A stretch of DNA of 64,000 nucleotides. Source: an uncultured Planctomycetia bacterium (GTDB lineage: Bacteria; Omnitrophota; Gorgyraeia; Tantalellales; Tantalellaceae). The stretch covers positions 91,819 to 155,818 of the forward strand of contig CAYQUS010000001.1 of NCBI GenBank assembly GCA_964421015.1, read 5' to 3'. Every line of letters starts with the position of its first letter. The first letter of the stretch is position 1. Shown here in pieces: positions 1 through 9,847 of this stretch. The position numbers were made by a program, and so were the translations under genes. The notes below the pieces were generated by a model, which ran no database searches, was not told where the DNA came from, and worked only from the letters and a program-made list of their open reading frames with translations.

Positions 1-716
<716 letters not shown>

Positions 717-763
717 GCTCTCCTCCTCTTTACTTTATCTTTAGTGGAATATTGTTTTCTGAT

Positions 764-790
764 TTAGCACTCTTTATTAAGGAGTGCTAA
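764..790. promoter_or_regulatory. CIRCE element (HrcA operator): TTAGCACTC-N9-GAGTGCTAA, perfect inverted repeat
   Basis: Exact consensus TTAGCACTC tttattaag GAGTGCTAA read directly; located about 50 nt upstream of groES start. Confidence 0.85.
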
Positions 791-799
791 CGAGAAATC

Positions 800-827
800 A
801 TTATAAAAAAAACAGGTTTTTTGTCAA
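800..827 (-). promoter_or_regulatory. Putative sigma70 promoter of groESL (TTGACA-N16-TATAAT on minus strand)
   Basis: Minus-strand reading gives TTGACAaaaaacctgtttttttTATAAT, immediately upstream of the CIRCE element. Confidence 0.5.
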
Positions 828-867
828 GGGGTTTTTTGAAGGCATATCCGGCTGAAAAATTTAAGAA

Positions 868-1617
868 CTATTCCCCGGAAAGAGAGATAAGCGCTTCAAA
901 GATGATATCCTTATGCACCTTATCTATTGACCCGGCGTAACGAGCCACCAGAGAGGCGTCTCCGCCCGTGGCTATGACCTTAGGAGCGGAGGCGCTTTCT
1001 CTTTTAAGTTTTTCAACGATGCCGTCGCAGGCCCCGGCAAAACCGTAAAGCACCCCGCTTGTTATACTGCTCTGGGTATCCCTTCCCACAAGTTCTCTAG
1101 CCGGATGAAGTTCTATTTTCGGGAGAAGAGCTGCCTTTGATGAAAGCGCCTCGAGAGCTATTCTAAGCCCCGGAAAGATAAGCCCTCCCTCATAAACTCC
1201 TTCATCTCCAACATAATCAAATGTCACCGCGGTGCCGAAATCTATCATTATAAGAGGAAAACCGTATGCCTCGACTCCCCCGTAAGAAGTTACCAGCCTG
1301 TCCTGGCCCACCTGTGACGGATCTTTGTATCTGATCTTCATGGGTACCTTTATATCCTTCCCTATGACCCGGACCGGCAGGTCCGGCGCGGCTTGAGCCA
1401 GGCTCTTTGAAAGCGCCCTGAAAAAATCAGGGACCACTTGGACCGCGACGATCTCATCCGATACCGGAAGCCACCGACCTAAAAGGCGCTTTAGAGAAGA
1501 CGGATCGATCTCCTTTTTAGCGGTACGTATGAAACACTTGTGCTTGAGGGTCTTCCCCTCGGCAAAGGCTATGGAAGTGTTGGTATTCCCCACATCGATC
1601 AGTATTTTTCTTTTCAT
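868..1617 (-). CDS. coaX: Type III pantothenate kinase
   Basis: MKRKILIDVGNTNTSIAF N-terminus and acetate/sugar-kinase fold motifs (DFGTAVTFD, ATGG) characteristic of CoaX. Confidence 0.85.
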   Translation of the reverse strand: MKRKILIDVGNTNTSIAFAEGKTLKHKCFIRTAKKEIDPSSLKRLLGRWLPVSDEIVAVQVVPDFFRALSKSLAQAAPDLPVRVIGKDIKVPMKIRYKDPSQVGQDRLVTSYGGVEAYGFPLIMIDFGTAVTFDYVGDEGVYEGGLIFPGLRIALEALSSKAALLPKIELHPARELVGRDTQSSITSGVLYGFAGACDGIVEKLKRESASAPKVIATGGDASLVARYAGSIDKVHKDIIFEALISLSGE

Positions 1618-1636
1618 AAGTTATCCGCCTAAAATG

Positions 1637-2638
1637 TTAAAAGGAGAACACAACCACGTCTCCGCTGAATGCTTTGCACAATCCGCCGCTTCGCTCCCTT
1701 ACGATAAGAGCGCCTCGTTCGTCAATATCCACCGCCTCGCCTTCTTTTCTGTCCCGGGAAGTTTCAACGCTGACTTTTCTTCCTATCACACAGGACCTTT
1801 CTCTGGCCTCTGATCGGAACGGCTGAAAACCTTCCGACAGGAAAAGGCGGTAGGAACTTCCTATCTCGTTCAATATGGCGGCCAGCAGTGAGGACCGGTC
1901 CAGCGCTGTCCCTGTTTCGTTCTTGACGCTCGTCGCCGATTCCGGAAGTTCCTCCGAAGAAGTATTAACGTTTACCCCGATCCCCAGCACTACAAAATCC
2001 GTTCGGTCCGGCTCCGCCCTTGTTTCAGCGAGTATCCCGGAAACCTTTTTACCGTTCATAAAAATATCGTTGGGCCACTTGATCATGACCTTACATCCCG
2101 AAACTGTCTCAAGGGCCCTCGCTACCGAAGAAGCCGCTACCAGCGTCATGGCGGGAATGTCATCCAATCTCATTTCCGGCCTCAAAACGACCGAAAAATA
2201 TAATCCCCCGCACGGAGATACCCATGTGCGCCCTCTCCGGCCCCTTCCGCCGCCCTGAGTCTCGGAGGTTACCACGGTCCACTCTTCGGCCCCATCCGAA
2301 GCGAGAGAACAGGCAGTATCATTCGTTGACACCAGGCTGCGATGAGGCAGGATCTTAACTACATCCGACAGCCCGGGAGAGAGACGAATATACACCTCTT
2401 CGGGGATTATCAGGTCCGGAACACTTTTAAGCCTGTACCCTTTTCTCGGGAATGATTCAACCAGGTATCCCTCCCGCCTTAAGGCCTCGACATGCTTCCA
2501 TAATGCCGCTCTTGAAACCCCAAGATCCCGGGAAACGCTTTCGCCTGAAACGAACAGCGATCCGGTATCCTTCAGTATTCTGAGCAGTTCATTGCGGATC
2601 CGATCGGAACCGTCTTTTTTTGAGCATCTTTTTAACAT
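1637..2638 (-). CDS. birA: Bifunctional biotin-[acetyl-CoA-carboxylase] ligase / biotin operon repressor BirA
   Basis: N-terminal HTH (GESVSRDLGVSRAALWKHVEALRREGY), GGGRGRRGRTWVSP biotin-ligase signature, 333 aa; birA-coaX adjacency is common. Confidence 0.85.
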   Translation of the reverse strand: MLKRCSKKDGSDRIRNELLRILKDTGSLFVSGESVSRDLGVSRAALWKHVEALRREGYLVESFPRKGYRLKSVPDLIIPEEVYIRLSPGLSDVVKILPHRSLVSTNDTACSLASDGAEEWTVVTSETQGGGRGRRGRTWVSPCGGLYFSVVLRPEMRLDDIPAMTLVAASSVARALETVSGCKVMIKWPNDIFMNGKKVSGILAETRAEPDRTDFVVLGIGVNVNTSSEELPESATSVKNETGTALDRSSLLAAILNEIGSSYRLFLSEGFQPFRSEARERSCVIGRKVSVETSRDRKEGEAVDIDERGALIVRERSGGLCKAFSGDVVVFSF

Positions 2639-2652
2639 TTAAGGGTCCCGCC

Positions 2653-3267
2653 TCATCCCGTTAAAAAGCGCATAATAACCTGCGCCGCCGGCATTATGAT
2701 TTTTTCAAAAAGTCCAAGATACAAAAGAGCGGCCACGGCTAAAAACCCGTAACGGGAAAACCTGAGATACGCGGCGGCTGTACCCGGAGGCAATATCCCG
2801 GCAAGTATGCCGGAGCCGTCGAACGGAGGAACAGGGATAAGGTTGAAGATCCCTATAACAACATTAAGAAAGACCGCGTAAAGGCAGAACATCACCAGGA
2901 TCCTAGGAAGATCGCCTCCAGCCGATAAAAAAGATCTGAAGATAAAACCAAAAATACAGGCCGTTATAAAATTTGCCGCCGGTCCCGCCGCCGAGGTCAT
3001 CATCATTCCTTTCCTTGGCGACTCGAAATTCAGAGGGTTTACGGGAACCGGTTTAGCCCATCCGAAAACCACCGGGAAGCCGGTTAAGACAAGTAAAGCA
3101 GGCAGTACGATCGTACCGAAAGGATCGATATGCGCCAGAGGGTTCAGCGTCAACCTTCCCGCCGAACGGGCCGTGGTATCCCCAAGACGGTAAGCTACCA
3201 GCGCGTGAGCTGCCTCATGCACTCCTATAGCGATTATAAAAGTTACCAGAGAAAGCGCGGTATCCAT
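2653..3267 (-). CDS. Site-2 protease family (peptidase M50B-like) membrane metalloprotease
   Basis: HEAAHAL zinc motif in TM1 and NLIPVPPFDG motif, polytopic hydrophobic 204 aa. Confidence 0.7.
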   Translation of the reverse strand: MDTALSLVTFIIAIGVHEAAHALVAYRLGDTTARSAGRLTLNPLAHIDPFGTIVLPALLVLTGFPVVFGWAKPVPVNPLNFESPRKGMMMTSAAGPAANFITACIFGFIFRSFLSAGGDLPRILVMFCLYAVFLNVVIGIFNLIPVPPFDGSGILAGILPPGTAAAYLRFSRYGFLAVAALLYLGLFEKIIMPAAQVIMRFLTG

Positions 3268-3294
3268 TTACGTGTAAGCCCCCGAGAGGGGTTT

Positions 3295-3477
3295 TTACCC
3301 TATGACAAGACCCATTCTTTTCAGGGCCACATTCATTCTTCTCAGCGCTTCCTGCTCGGAAATGCCTTCCGTCAGATTATTTTCACAAACCGCCGCGAAC
3401 CCTTTTCGGTTCCTTATTTTAAAGACTGCTACCTTGGAACGGGGGATCTTTTTCAGCTCTATCTCTTTCTTTGCCAT
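3295..3477 (-). CDS. Small hypothetical protein (60 aa)
   Basis: Start ATG preceded by strong RBS AAGGAGGT with 5-nt spacer; MAKKEIELKKIPRSKVAVFKIRNRKGFAAVCENNLTEGISEQEALRRMNVALKRMGLVIG; no family recognised. Confidence 0.4.
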   Translation of the reverse strand: MAKKEIELKKIPRSKVAVFKIRNRKGFAAVCENNLTEGISEQEALRRMNVALKRMGLVIG

Positions 3478-3502
3478 AAAAACCTCCTTTTTGTAATATC
3501 CT

Positions 3503-4240
3503 TCACTCAAGAAGTTTTTCCCTTTCTATCTCCATCTCATCGAGAAAAGCCTGTATGTCCCTGTTGGCTTCCCATATCACCCTTATCCTGTCCATCTGTT
3601 TAAGAAAAGCTTTCACTACGGCAGGCGAAAAATGGGTTCCCGCTCTTTCCTTTACCATGCTTACGGCCGTATCGAAATCAAAGGCTTCCTTATAAGGCCT
3701 TCTTGATGTATAAGCGTCAAAACAGTCCGCCAGAGCTACTATACGGCCGTAAAGAGGGATATCTTCCCCCTTTAGCCCTCCTGGATACCCTGACCCGTCG
3801 TATTTTTCGTGGTGGCTCAGCGCTATGACCTGACACGCCCGCAGTAAAGGAGTTTTAGCGTGAGCGAAGATCCTGGCCCCCACTGAAGGGTGTTTTTTGA
3901 CCTCGGCCATTTCCTCTTCCGTAAGGGGCCCGTCTTTTTTCAATATAGAGTCAGAAAGCATTACCTTGCCTATATCGTGCATCGGACTGGCCATTCGGAT
4001 TATCTCCACTTCTTCCCTGCTCATCCCGAGAGCCTCCGCTATAAGAGCGCTGTAATCCGCTATGCGCACCAGATGAACACCGGTCGACCTGTCCCTCATT
4101 TCAGCTACAAGAGCAAGCTTAAAAACCATTTCCGCGTGAGAATCCCTAAGTTCAAGATAAGCTTTTTTCAGTTTAGCGTAAGCTTTCTCAACCCGTTCGG
4201 AAGACCTGTCCTTGTGCCCCGGAGTCATCATCTTGCCCAT
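3503..4240 (-). CDS. Standalone HD-GYP domain phosphodiesterase (putative c-di-GMP hydrolase)
   Basis: HD motif (MHDIGKV) and HHEKYDGSGYPGG signature of HD-GYP; 245 aa with no receiver domain. Confidence 0.85.
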   Translation of the reverse strand: MGKMMTPGHKDRSSERVEKAYAKLKKAYLELRDSHAEMVFKLALVAEMRDRSTGVHLVRIADYSALIAEALGMSREEVEIIRMASPMHDIGKVMLSDSILKKDGPLTEEEMAEVKKHPSVGARIFAHAKTPLLRACQVIALSHHEKYDGSGYPGGLKGEDIPLYGRIVALADCFDAYTSRRPYKEAFDFDTAVSMVKERAGTHFSPAVVKAFLKQMDRIRVIWEANRDIQAFLDEMEIEREKLLE

Positions 4241-4255
4241 CCATCTGCTGGACCG

Positions 4256-5203
4256 TTAATCGGATTCCTTAAGGTAACGATAATAGTCAGAGTCTGTCGT
4301 AAGCATCAGAGTTGTCGTTCCGTCCACGGTGTCAGAGTATGTCTCAAGAGTCTTAACAAAAGAATAAAAGGCCGGATCCACGCCATAAGCCCCGGCGTAA
4401 ATCTCCGTGACCGAGGCATCAGCCTCTCCTATTATCTCCTGCGCCGTCCTGTAAGCCCCGGATGTGATCGTTTTAAGCTCTCTCTCGGTCTGCCCCTGTA
4501 TATCCGCGCTTCTGCCGCGCCCCTCGGAACGGTATTTTTCCGCGGCCCGCTTCCTCTCGGAGATCATCCTATCGTAAACCCTCTTACGCACCTCATCGAC
4601 ATAATTGAGCCTTTTTACCCTTACGTCAACTATCTCTATCCCGTACTGAGGCGCTATTACAAGGGTTTTCTCCAGGATCCTTTCTTCAAGTTTCTCCCTG
4701 CCCGAGTGTATTCTTTCTAAGGCCTCTTCCGATATCGCCACCTCGCCTATTTCCTCGTCGGGTTTAGTGTCCAGTATCCGGTTGGTATCCCTTATCACCT
4801 CAACAAGAGCGTTGCCCGTTATAACATCCCTCGTCGCGGAATTTATTATGTCATCTATCCTAGCGTACGCCCCCCATTCATTCCCAACAGATTGAAAGAA
4901 CTTAAGAGGATCCACTATCCTCCATCTCGCGGTCGTGTCGACCCATATGTATTTCTTGTCGCGGGTAGGGATCTGATTCGGGTCCCCGTCCCACTCCAAA
5001 AGACGTTTTTCGAAATAGTTAGCCTTATGTATAAAAGGCAATTTAAAGTGAAGCCCGGCCTCCATGACGGCGGAACCTACAGGCATCCCGAACTGCGTTA
5101 TAACGACCTGCTGGGTCTCTGTAACAACGTAGGCAGGCCCTCCCGCAATAATAAGGAACACCGCTGCCAGAACTGATATGTAAAAACCATTTATTTTTTT
5201 CAT
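4256..5203 (-). CDS. hflC: FtsH protease modulator HflC (SPFH/band-7)
   Basis: N-terminal TM then SPFH domain; follows hflK with 4-nt overlap. Confidence 0.85.
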   Translation of the reverse strand: MKKINGFYISVLAAVFLIIAGGPAYVVTETQQVVITQFGMPVGSAVMEAGLHFKLPFIHKANYFEKRLLEWDGDPNQIPTRDKKYIWVDTTARWRIVDPLKFFQSVGNEWGAYARIDDIINSATRDVITGNALVEVIRDTNRILDTKPDEEIGEVAISEEALERIHSGREKLEERILEKTLVIAPQYGIEIVDVRVKRLNYVDEVRKRVYDRMISERKRAAEKYRSEGRGRSADIQGQTERELKTITSGAYRTAQEIIGEADASVTEIYAGAYGVDPAFYSFVKTLETYSDTVDGTTTLMLTTDSDYYRYLKESD

Positions 5204-6267
5204 ATGGCATTCCCCCCGTCCTCACCGAGTTTAAGAAGCGGAAGTATGGAATTATGCTCTTTGTCCACTATGTATTTGGCTTTGGCTTTTCGTAGCACTT
5301 CCGCCATGGTCTCAAGATATATCCTTTTTTTTGTCACATCAGGCGCTTTGGCATATTCTTCGCGCACTTTAGAGAACTTAGCCGCCTCTCCTTCGGCCCT
5401 GTTGATCCTGTCGATCTTGTATCCTTCAGCCTGGTGCACGGTTCTCTTAGCTTCGCCTTCCGCCTTAGGGATGGCCTTATTGTAAGCCTCCCATGCCTGA
5501 TTTATCATCTGCTCTCTTTCCTGGCGCGCCTCATTCACCTCGTTGAAAGCGGGTTTTACTGGATCAGGAGGATTAACGTCCAGAAGTTTTACGGTAACTA
5601 TTGTCACGCCGGTGCCGAATTTGTCCATAAGAGCCTGGAGCGACCTGTGTGCCATTGTGTCTATTTCCTCTCTTTTTGTAGTCAGCACCTCGTCAACGGT
5701 ATAATCTCCGACAAGGCGGCGCATAACCACCTCCGCCATGTCACGGACATTACCCACAGGTTTACGTGTTTTAAAGAGAAGCGCTTTGGGGTCACTGACC
5801 CGGTACTGCACTATCCACCGCACATCGAGGATATTAAGGTCCCCAGTCAACATAAGGGACTCTTCAGGGAAATTCTTAGCCGAATATATTGACGTAACTC
5901 CCGGCTGAGTGGTCCTGAACCCAAACTCCTCCTTGAATATTTTTTTGACCTTTACCGGGGTCATTTTCTCTATGCCAAACGGTATCTTTAAATGCAGCCC
6001 CGGCTCCGACATTCTTATAAATTTCCCGAACCGCTGGATTATCCCCATCTCGTCGGTAGACACTGAATAGAAGGCCCCTTTGAGGGCAATTATCCCCACC
6101 AGTATAAGTATCAAAAATGGCGCGTGCCCCCAGTATTCTTTTCCCGCGCGTATGGCTTTTCTGGCCTCTTCCTTAAAGAGATCATCGGGTGACCGGAAAT
6201 CATCCATTTTCTTCCCCCCTAAAGTTTGTCCTGAAACAAAATTTACTTTTTGCGTCCTGTGGAACAT
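5200..6267 (-). CDS. hflK: FtsH protease modulator HflK (SPFH/band-7)
   Basis: TM segment plus SPFH domain and C-terminal coiled-coil, hflK-hflC order; exact start codon uncertain. Confidence 0.85.
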   Translation of the reverse strand: MFHRTQKVNFVSGQTLGGKKMDDFRSPDDLFKEEARKAIRAGKEYWGHAPFLILILVGIIALKGAFYSVSTDEMGIIQRFGKFIRMSEPGLHLKIPFGIEKMTPVKVKKIFKEEFGFRTTQPGVTSIYSAKNFPEESLMLTGDLNILDVRWIVQYRVSDPKALLFKTRKPVGNVRDMAEVVMRRLVGDYTVDEVLTTKREEIDTMAHRSLQALMDKFGTGVTIVTVKLLDVNPPDPVKPAFNEVNEARQEREQMINQAWEAYNKAIPKAEGEAKRTVHQAEGYKIDRINRAEGEAAKFSKVREEYAKAPDVTKKRIYLETMAEVLRKAKAKYIVDKEHNSILPLLKLGEDGGNAI

Positions 6268-6322
6268 AATAACATTTTTGCGAGTTTATGCAATAAACTT
6301 GATACCAAAGCTCATATTGCTC

Positions 6323-6354
6323 AAAAAAAAAGAGCCGGTCATAAAAACCGGCTC
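6323..6354 (-). terminator. Rho-independent terminator downstream of tRNA-Met
   Basis: Minus-strand GAGCCGGT-tttttat-ACCGGCTC hairpin (8 bp) followed by T9. Confidence 0.6.
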
Positions 6355-6365
6355 TTTCGGAAAAA

Positions 6366-6442
6366 TGGTAGCGGGGGACGGACTCGAACCGTCGACAACA
6401 CGGGTATGAGCCGTGTGCTCTAACCAGCTGAGCTACCCCGCC
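6366..6442 (-). tRNA. tRNA with CAU anticodon (Met; lysidine-modified Ile2 cannot be excluded)
   Basis: Minus-strand GGCGGGGTAGCTCAGCTGGTTAGAGCACACGGCTCATACCGTG..GGTTCGAGTCCGTCCCCCGCTACCA: cloverleaf with D-loop AGCTGGTTAGAGC, anticodon loop CTCATAC, T-loop GGTTCGAGTCC, encoded CCA. Confidence 0.85.
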
Positions 6443-6520
6443 AAAAATTCAAGAGCGTTCATTATATGGAAAACCTCCGTCTTTGTCAATGCGCGTCCCG
6501 GCCCCCGCTAAGGTAAGGCT

Positions 6521-7597
6521 CTACTCCGAAACGCTTTCTATCCAGGCCGCTCCCTCCACTACTTCTCCGGAGTAAAAAACCGCGGCCTGTCCCGGGGTAG
6601 GAGCGAACTGTTTTTCTCTGAACCTTACAAGAACCTCTTCGCCCGAAATACCGATAACTTCCGCGTCGGCTTTAGAGCCTTTATACCTTATCCTCACTCC
6701 GTACTTTTTCCCCGGTTCCGGACCGGGACCGTAGAACCAGTTAAAGACTTTCACGCTTATAAGGGATCGCATGACATTTTCTTTACCCCCCACAGTCACC
6801 GTATTACTGGCAGTGTCTATATTAACGACATAAAGAGGAAGGTGGAATCCGATCCCCAGACCGTGACGTTGTCCGACCGTATACGCCGCTACTCCACGGT
6901 GTTTTCCTATGATCCTTCCTTTAGTGTCAATGATATCCCCCGGAACAAAACCCTCCGGACCCTTTTCACGGATATATTCCCTGTAATCCATTCCGGGAAA
7001 GGTAAAACAAATGTCCTGGCTAGATCTTCTGAAAGCAGAGATAAGACCGTTTTCCGAAGCTATCTTTCTAACCTCCTCTTTTTCCAATTCTCCCAGGGGG
7101 AAAATTATATTTCCGAGTTCACTTCTCGGGATGCCGCACAAAAAATATGACTGGTCTTTTCTTTTATCGAGGGCCTCACGAAGAACTTTGCCTTTGTCGG
7201 CATTATCGATCCTGGCATAATGCCCGGTCGCCACGGCCTCCATGCCAAGCTGACGGGCCTTGGTCAAAAGAAGACCGAACTTAAGCCGGCTATTGCAGTA
7301 AATACAGGGGTTGGGTGTTCTCCCCCGGGAGTACTCAGTGAAAAAATAGTCCCTTACTTCCCTGGCGAATTCCTGTGAAAAATCTACCACATAGTGCGCT
7401 ATCCCGATATCCTCAGCCACTCCCCTGGCATACTGGACAGCCTCAAGAGAACAGCAAGCCCTGTCCCCGGAACGGCCGCAATCTTCCTTAGGCCAGGTCT
7501 TCATCGTTATCCCTATTACCTCATGCCCGCCGTCACGAAGCCTCAATGCCGCCACCGAAGAGTCAACCCCGCCTGACATGGCTACCGCTACTCTCAT
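6521..7597 (-). CDS. mnmA: tRNA-specific 2-thiouridylase MnmA
   Basis: MRVAVAMSGGVDSSVAA PP-loop, catalytic Cys pattern, 358 aa. Confidence 0.9.
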   Translation of the reverse strand: MRVAVAMSGGVDSSVAALRLRDGGHEVIGITMKTWPKEDCGRSGDRACCSLEAVQYARGVAEDIGIAHYVVDFSQEFAREVRDYFFTEYSRGRTPNPCIYCNSRLKFGLLLTKARQLGMEAVATGHYARIDNADKGKVLREALDKRKDQSYFLCGIPRSELGNIIFPLGELEKEEVRKIASENGLISAFRRSSQDICFTFPGMDYREYIREKGPEGFVPGDIIDTKGRIIGKHRGVAAYTVGQRHGLGIGFHLPLYVVNIDTASNTVTVGGKENVMRSLISVKVFNWFYGPGPEPGKKYGVRIRYKGSKADAEVIGISGEEVLVRFREKQFAPTPGQAAVFYSGEVVEGAAWIESVSE

Positions 7598-8649
7598 CTT
7601 GACCCCTCCCCCGAGAGATACCTTTTAGCCCCGGGTGTCATGAAAACTGTCCACTCCCCATCTTTGTTCGAGACCGCTATCACCTCTACCCCGGGAATAA
7701 GGCCGGCCGTCTCGGAAGCCTTTTCAATACCCCTGGCCGTTATCCCTGTAGCCAGAGCGTCGGCCAGGGCGCAGTTCTCGGCTATGACGGTCATTCCCGT
7801 CAGGACCTGGTCCGTCATTTCAAGTTCCGAGGTATCGGCTATGTGTGACATTACCCTTGAAGTTTTACCGTCTACCAGAAAATTCTCATAATCACCGCTT
7901 GTCGCCACCGCGCAGGACTCAAGCTCCAGAACACGCCATATTTCGCCGCTTCCGGGCCTTCTTATACCCACGCGCCAGATAGAACCCCTGGGAGATCTGC
8001 CACAGTATATGTCCCCTCCGGCGTTGATGATGAAGCTCTCGATCCCGGCGTCATTCAAATAGGCCGCCATTCGGTCAACTATGTATCCTTTAGCTATTCC
8101 CGAGAGGTCGAGCCACGCTGAATTTTCAAGGAAGATCTCCCCTCTATCTTTATCCAACCGTACGTTACGGAACCCTACAGCTTCATCGTTTTCCGGGATA
8201 CGGCTTAGGATCTCCGGCGGCATATTCCCGTAAAAACCGTTCCTTTTAAGTATCGGGGCGACCGTAGGATCGAAAGCTCCCGAGGTAACCCGGCTTATAT
8301 CTATAGCGAGGGATATGACTTCCTCCAGATCCTCTGACACTTTAATTCTTTTACGGGTATTCAGTTCGTTCAGTTCGCTGGAGGGAACGTACATGCTCAG
8401 CTTATCCTCAAGTTGCGAGGCCAGAGAGAAAACCTCCGCGAGTGACCTGGAAACCTTCTCCGCCTCTTCTGGCCCGTGAACCGCTTTCACTGTTACAAAA
8501 GTCCCCATTAGAGGCAATGTGCGGGAAACCTCGGAGGAAGAACCCGCGAGTTTTCCGCAGCCGGACGCGCACGGAAAACAGATCACCAGCGCCGGAATAA
8601 GCGCCTTACGGCTCAAATTAAAGAATATTGTCGAAAGCCTTGAAAACAT
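7594..8649 (-). CDS. apbE: FAD:protein FMN transferase (ApbE family) lipoprotein
   Basis: Signal peptide plus lipobox-like Cys, DLSGIAKGY motif typical of ApbE. Confidence 0.8.
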   Translation of the reverse strand: MFSRLSTIFFNLSRKALIPALVICFPCASGCGKLAGSSSEVSRTLPLMGTFVTVKAVHGPEEAEKVSRSLAEVFSLASQLEDKLSMYVPSSELNELNTRKRIKVSEDLEEVISLAIDISRVTSGAFDPTVAPILKRNGFYGNMPPEILSRIPENDEAVGFRNVRLDKDRGEIFLENSAWLDLSGIAKGYIVDRMAAYLNDAGIESFIINAGGDIYCGRSPRGSIWRVGIRRPGSGEIWRVLELESCAVATSGDYENFLVDGKTSRVMSHIADTSELEMTDQVLTGMTVIAENCALADALATGITARGIEKASETAGLIPGVEVIAVSNKDGEWTVFMTPGAKRYLSGEGSR

Positions 8650-8658
8650 CGATTGGGA

Positions 8659-9795
8659 TTACCCGAGGTTGCTGATAACCATTTCAAGATCTACGTGCTT
8701 TTCCACCATGTCGATGGCCAGCCTGACCTTGTTGTTATCACGGTATTTGATCTTTACGGTAAGGTCATGCACCCTGGCGGCCACATCATACGTGTCCAGC
8801 CTGGATAAAAGAGTGGGTATACCGGCCTGCTTAAGCGCTGAATAGGCTCTTCTTTTGGGGGCCACGCCTCCGGAAAGTATAAGCCCGGCGACACGTTTCG
8901 GGGACTTTACTCTGCCTGTCTGCACCTTGATAATAAGGCTTATAAGATCCGTCCTGTTGCCGGGGGTTATAACAAGACAGTCGTCCTCGAGGTCATGTAT
9001 GGCCTCTCTTACTTCCATGGCTCCTACCAGCACCCTGGACATCTGTCTTCCCAGAAGATCTTCTCCGCACAGCACATGCATATCAAGCTCTTCTTTTATA
9101 TCGCGCATAGTCGGGATATCGAGTATCTCGGCGTATGGCATGACGCCCAAAACAGGTATTCCCAGACGATTGAGCCCGACGCGGACGTATTTGCTTACCT
9201 TCTCATACTTATGGGGCAGTACCTTATTGACTATGACCCCGGCTATCTTCACTCCCATCTTGTCGAATAGGGACTTATTGAGCATAACTTCATCGATAGG
9301 ATTGCCTATCCCGCCCGTAGAGACTATTATTACCTTTGAATCCAGCATTTTAGCTACGGCCGCGTTTGAAAGGTCGAACACGGACCCCACACCCGCGTGC
9401 CCCGTCCCTTCGATTATCACAACTTCCCTGTTTTCGGCGACGCTTTCGAAAGCGGCGCGTATCTTAGACCCCGCGTCTGACGTTATGGCTCCGTCCAGGA
9501 ACCTTTCGGTGTAGCCTTTTTCCACGGCTACCGGTGACATATTCTGGATAGGTATCCCAAAATTGAAAATACGGTCCATCAGTATTGAATCCTCGTCCAC
9601 CTTGTGCCCATCCTCTACAAGGTATCTCTGCCCGACAGGCTTGATAAAGGAAATACCGTTGAATTTCTTGCCGAGGGACGCTATAAGCCCCATGGACACG
9701 GTTGTCTTCCCCACATTCTGACGTGTGGCCGCTATGAATATCCTCTTAACTTTTTTTATGCCGAGGATCTTCTCCCAGGCCTCTATGTAACTCAT
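8659..9795 (-). CDS. DRTGG-domain P-loop protein homologous to the phosphotransacetylase N-terminal (BioD-like) region, standalone
   Basis: N-terminal IFIAATRQNVGKTTVSMGL P-loop (dethiobiotin-synthetase-like), C-terminal LILSGG..DRTGG-like segment; no Pta catalytic domain follows. Confidence 0.6.
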   Translation of the reverse strand: MSYIEAWEKILGIKKVKRIFIAATRQNVGKTTVSMGLIASLGKKFNGISFIKPVGQRYLVEDGHKVDEDSILMDRIFNFGIPIQNMSPVAVEKGYTERFLDGAITSDAGSKIRAAFESVAENREVVIIEGTGHAGVGSVFDLSNAAVAKMLDSKVIIVSTGGIGNPIDEVMLNKSLFDKMGVKIAGVIVNKVLPHKYEKVSKYVRVGLNRLGIPVLGVMPYAEILDIPTMRDIKEELDMHVLCGEDLLGRQMSRVLVGAMEVREAIHDLEDDCLVITPGNRTDLISLIIKVQTGRVKSPKRVAGLILSGGVAPKRRAYSALKQAGIPTLLSRLDTYDVAARVHDLTVKIKYRDNNKVRLAIDMVEKHVDLEMVISNLG

Positions 9796-9847
9796 TATAA
9801 AACCGTTTCCTTCCCGCGCCGTTAACTTCCTTCGCGGATATGACGGT

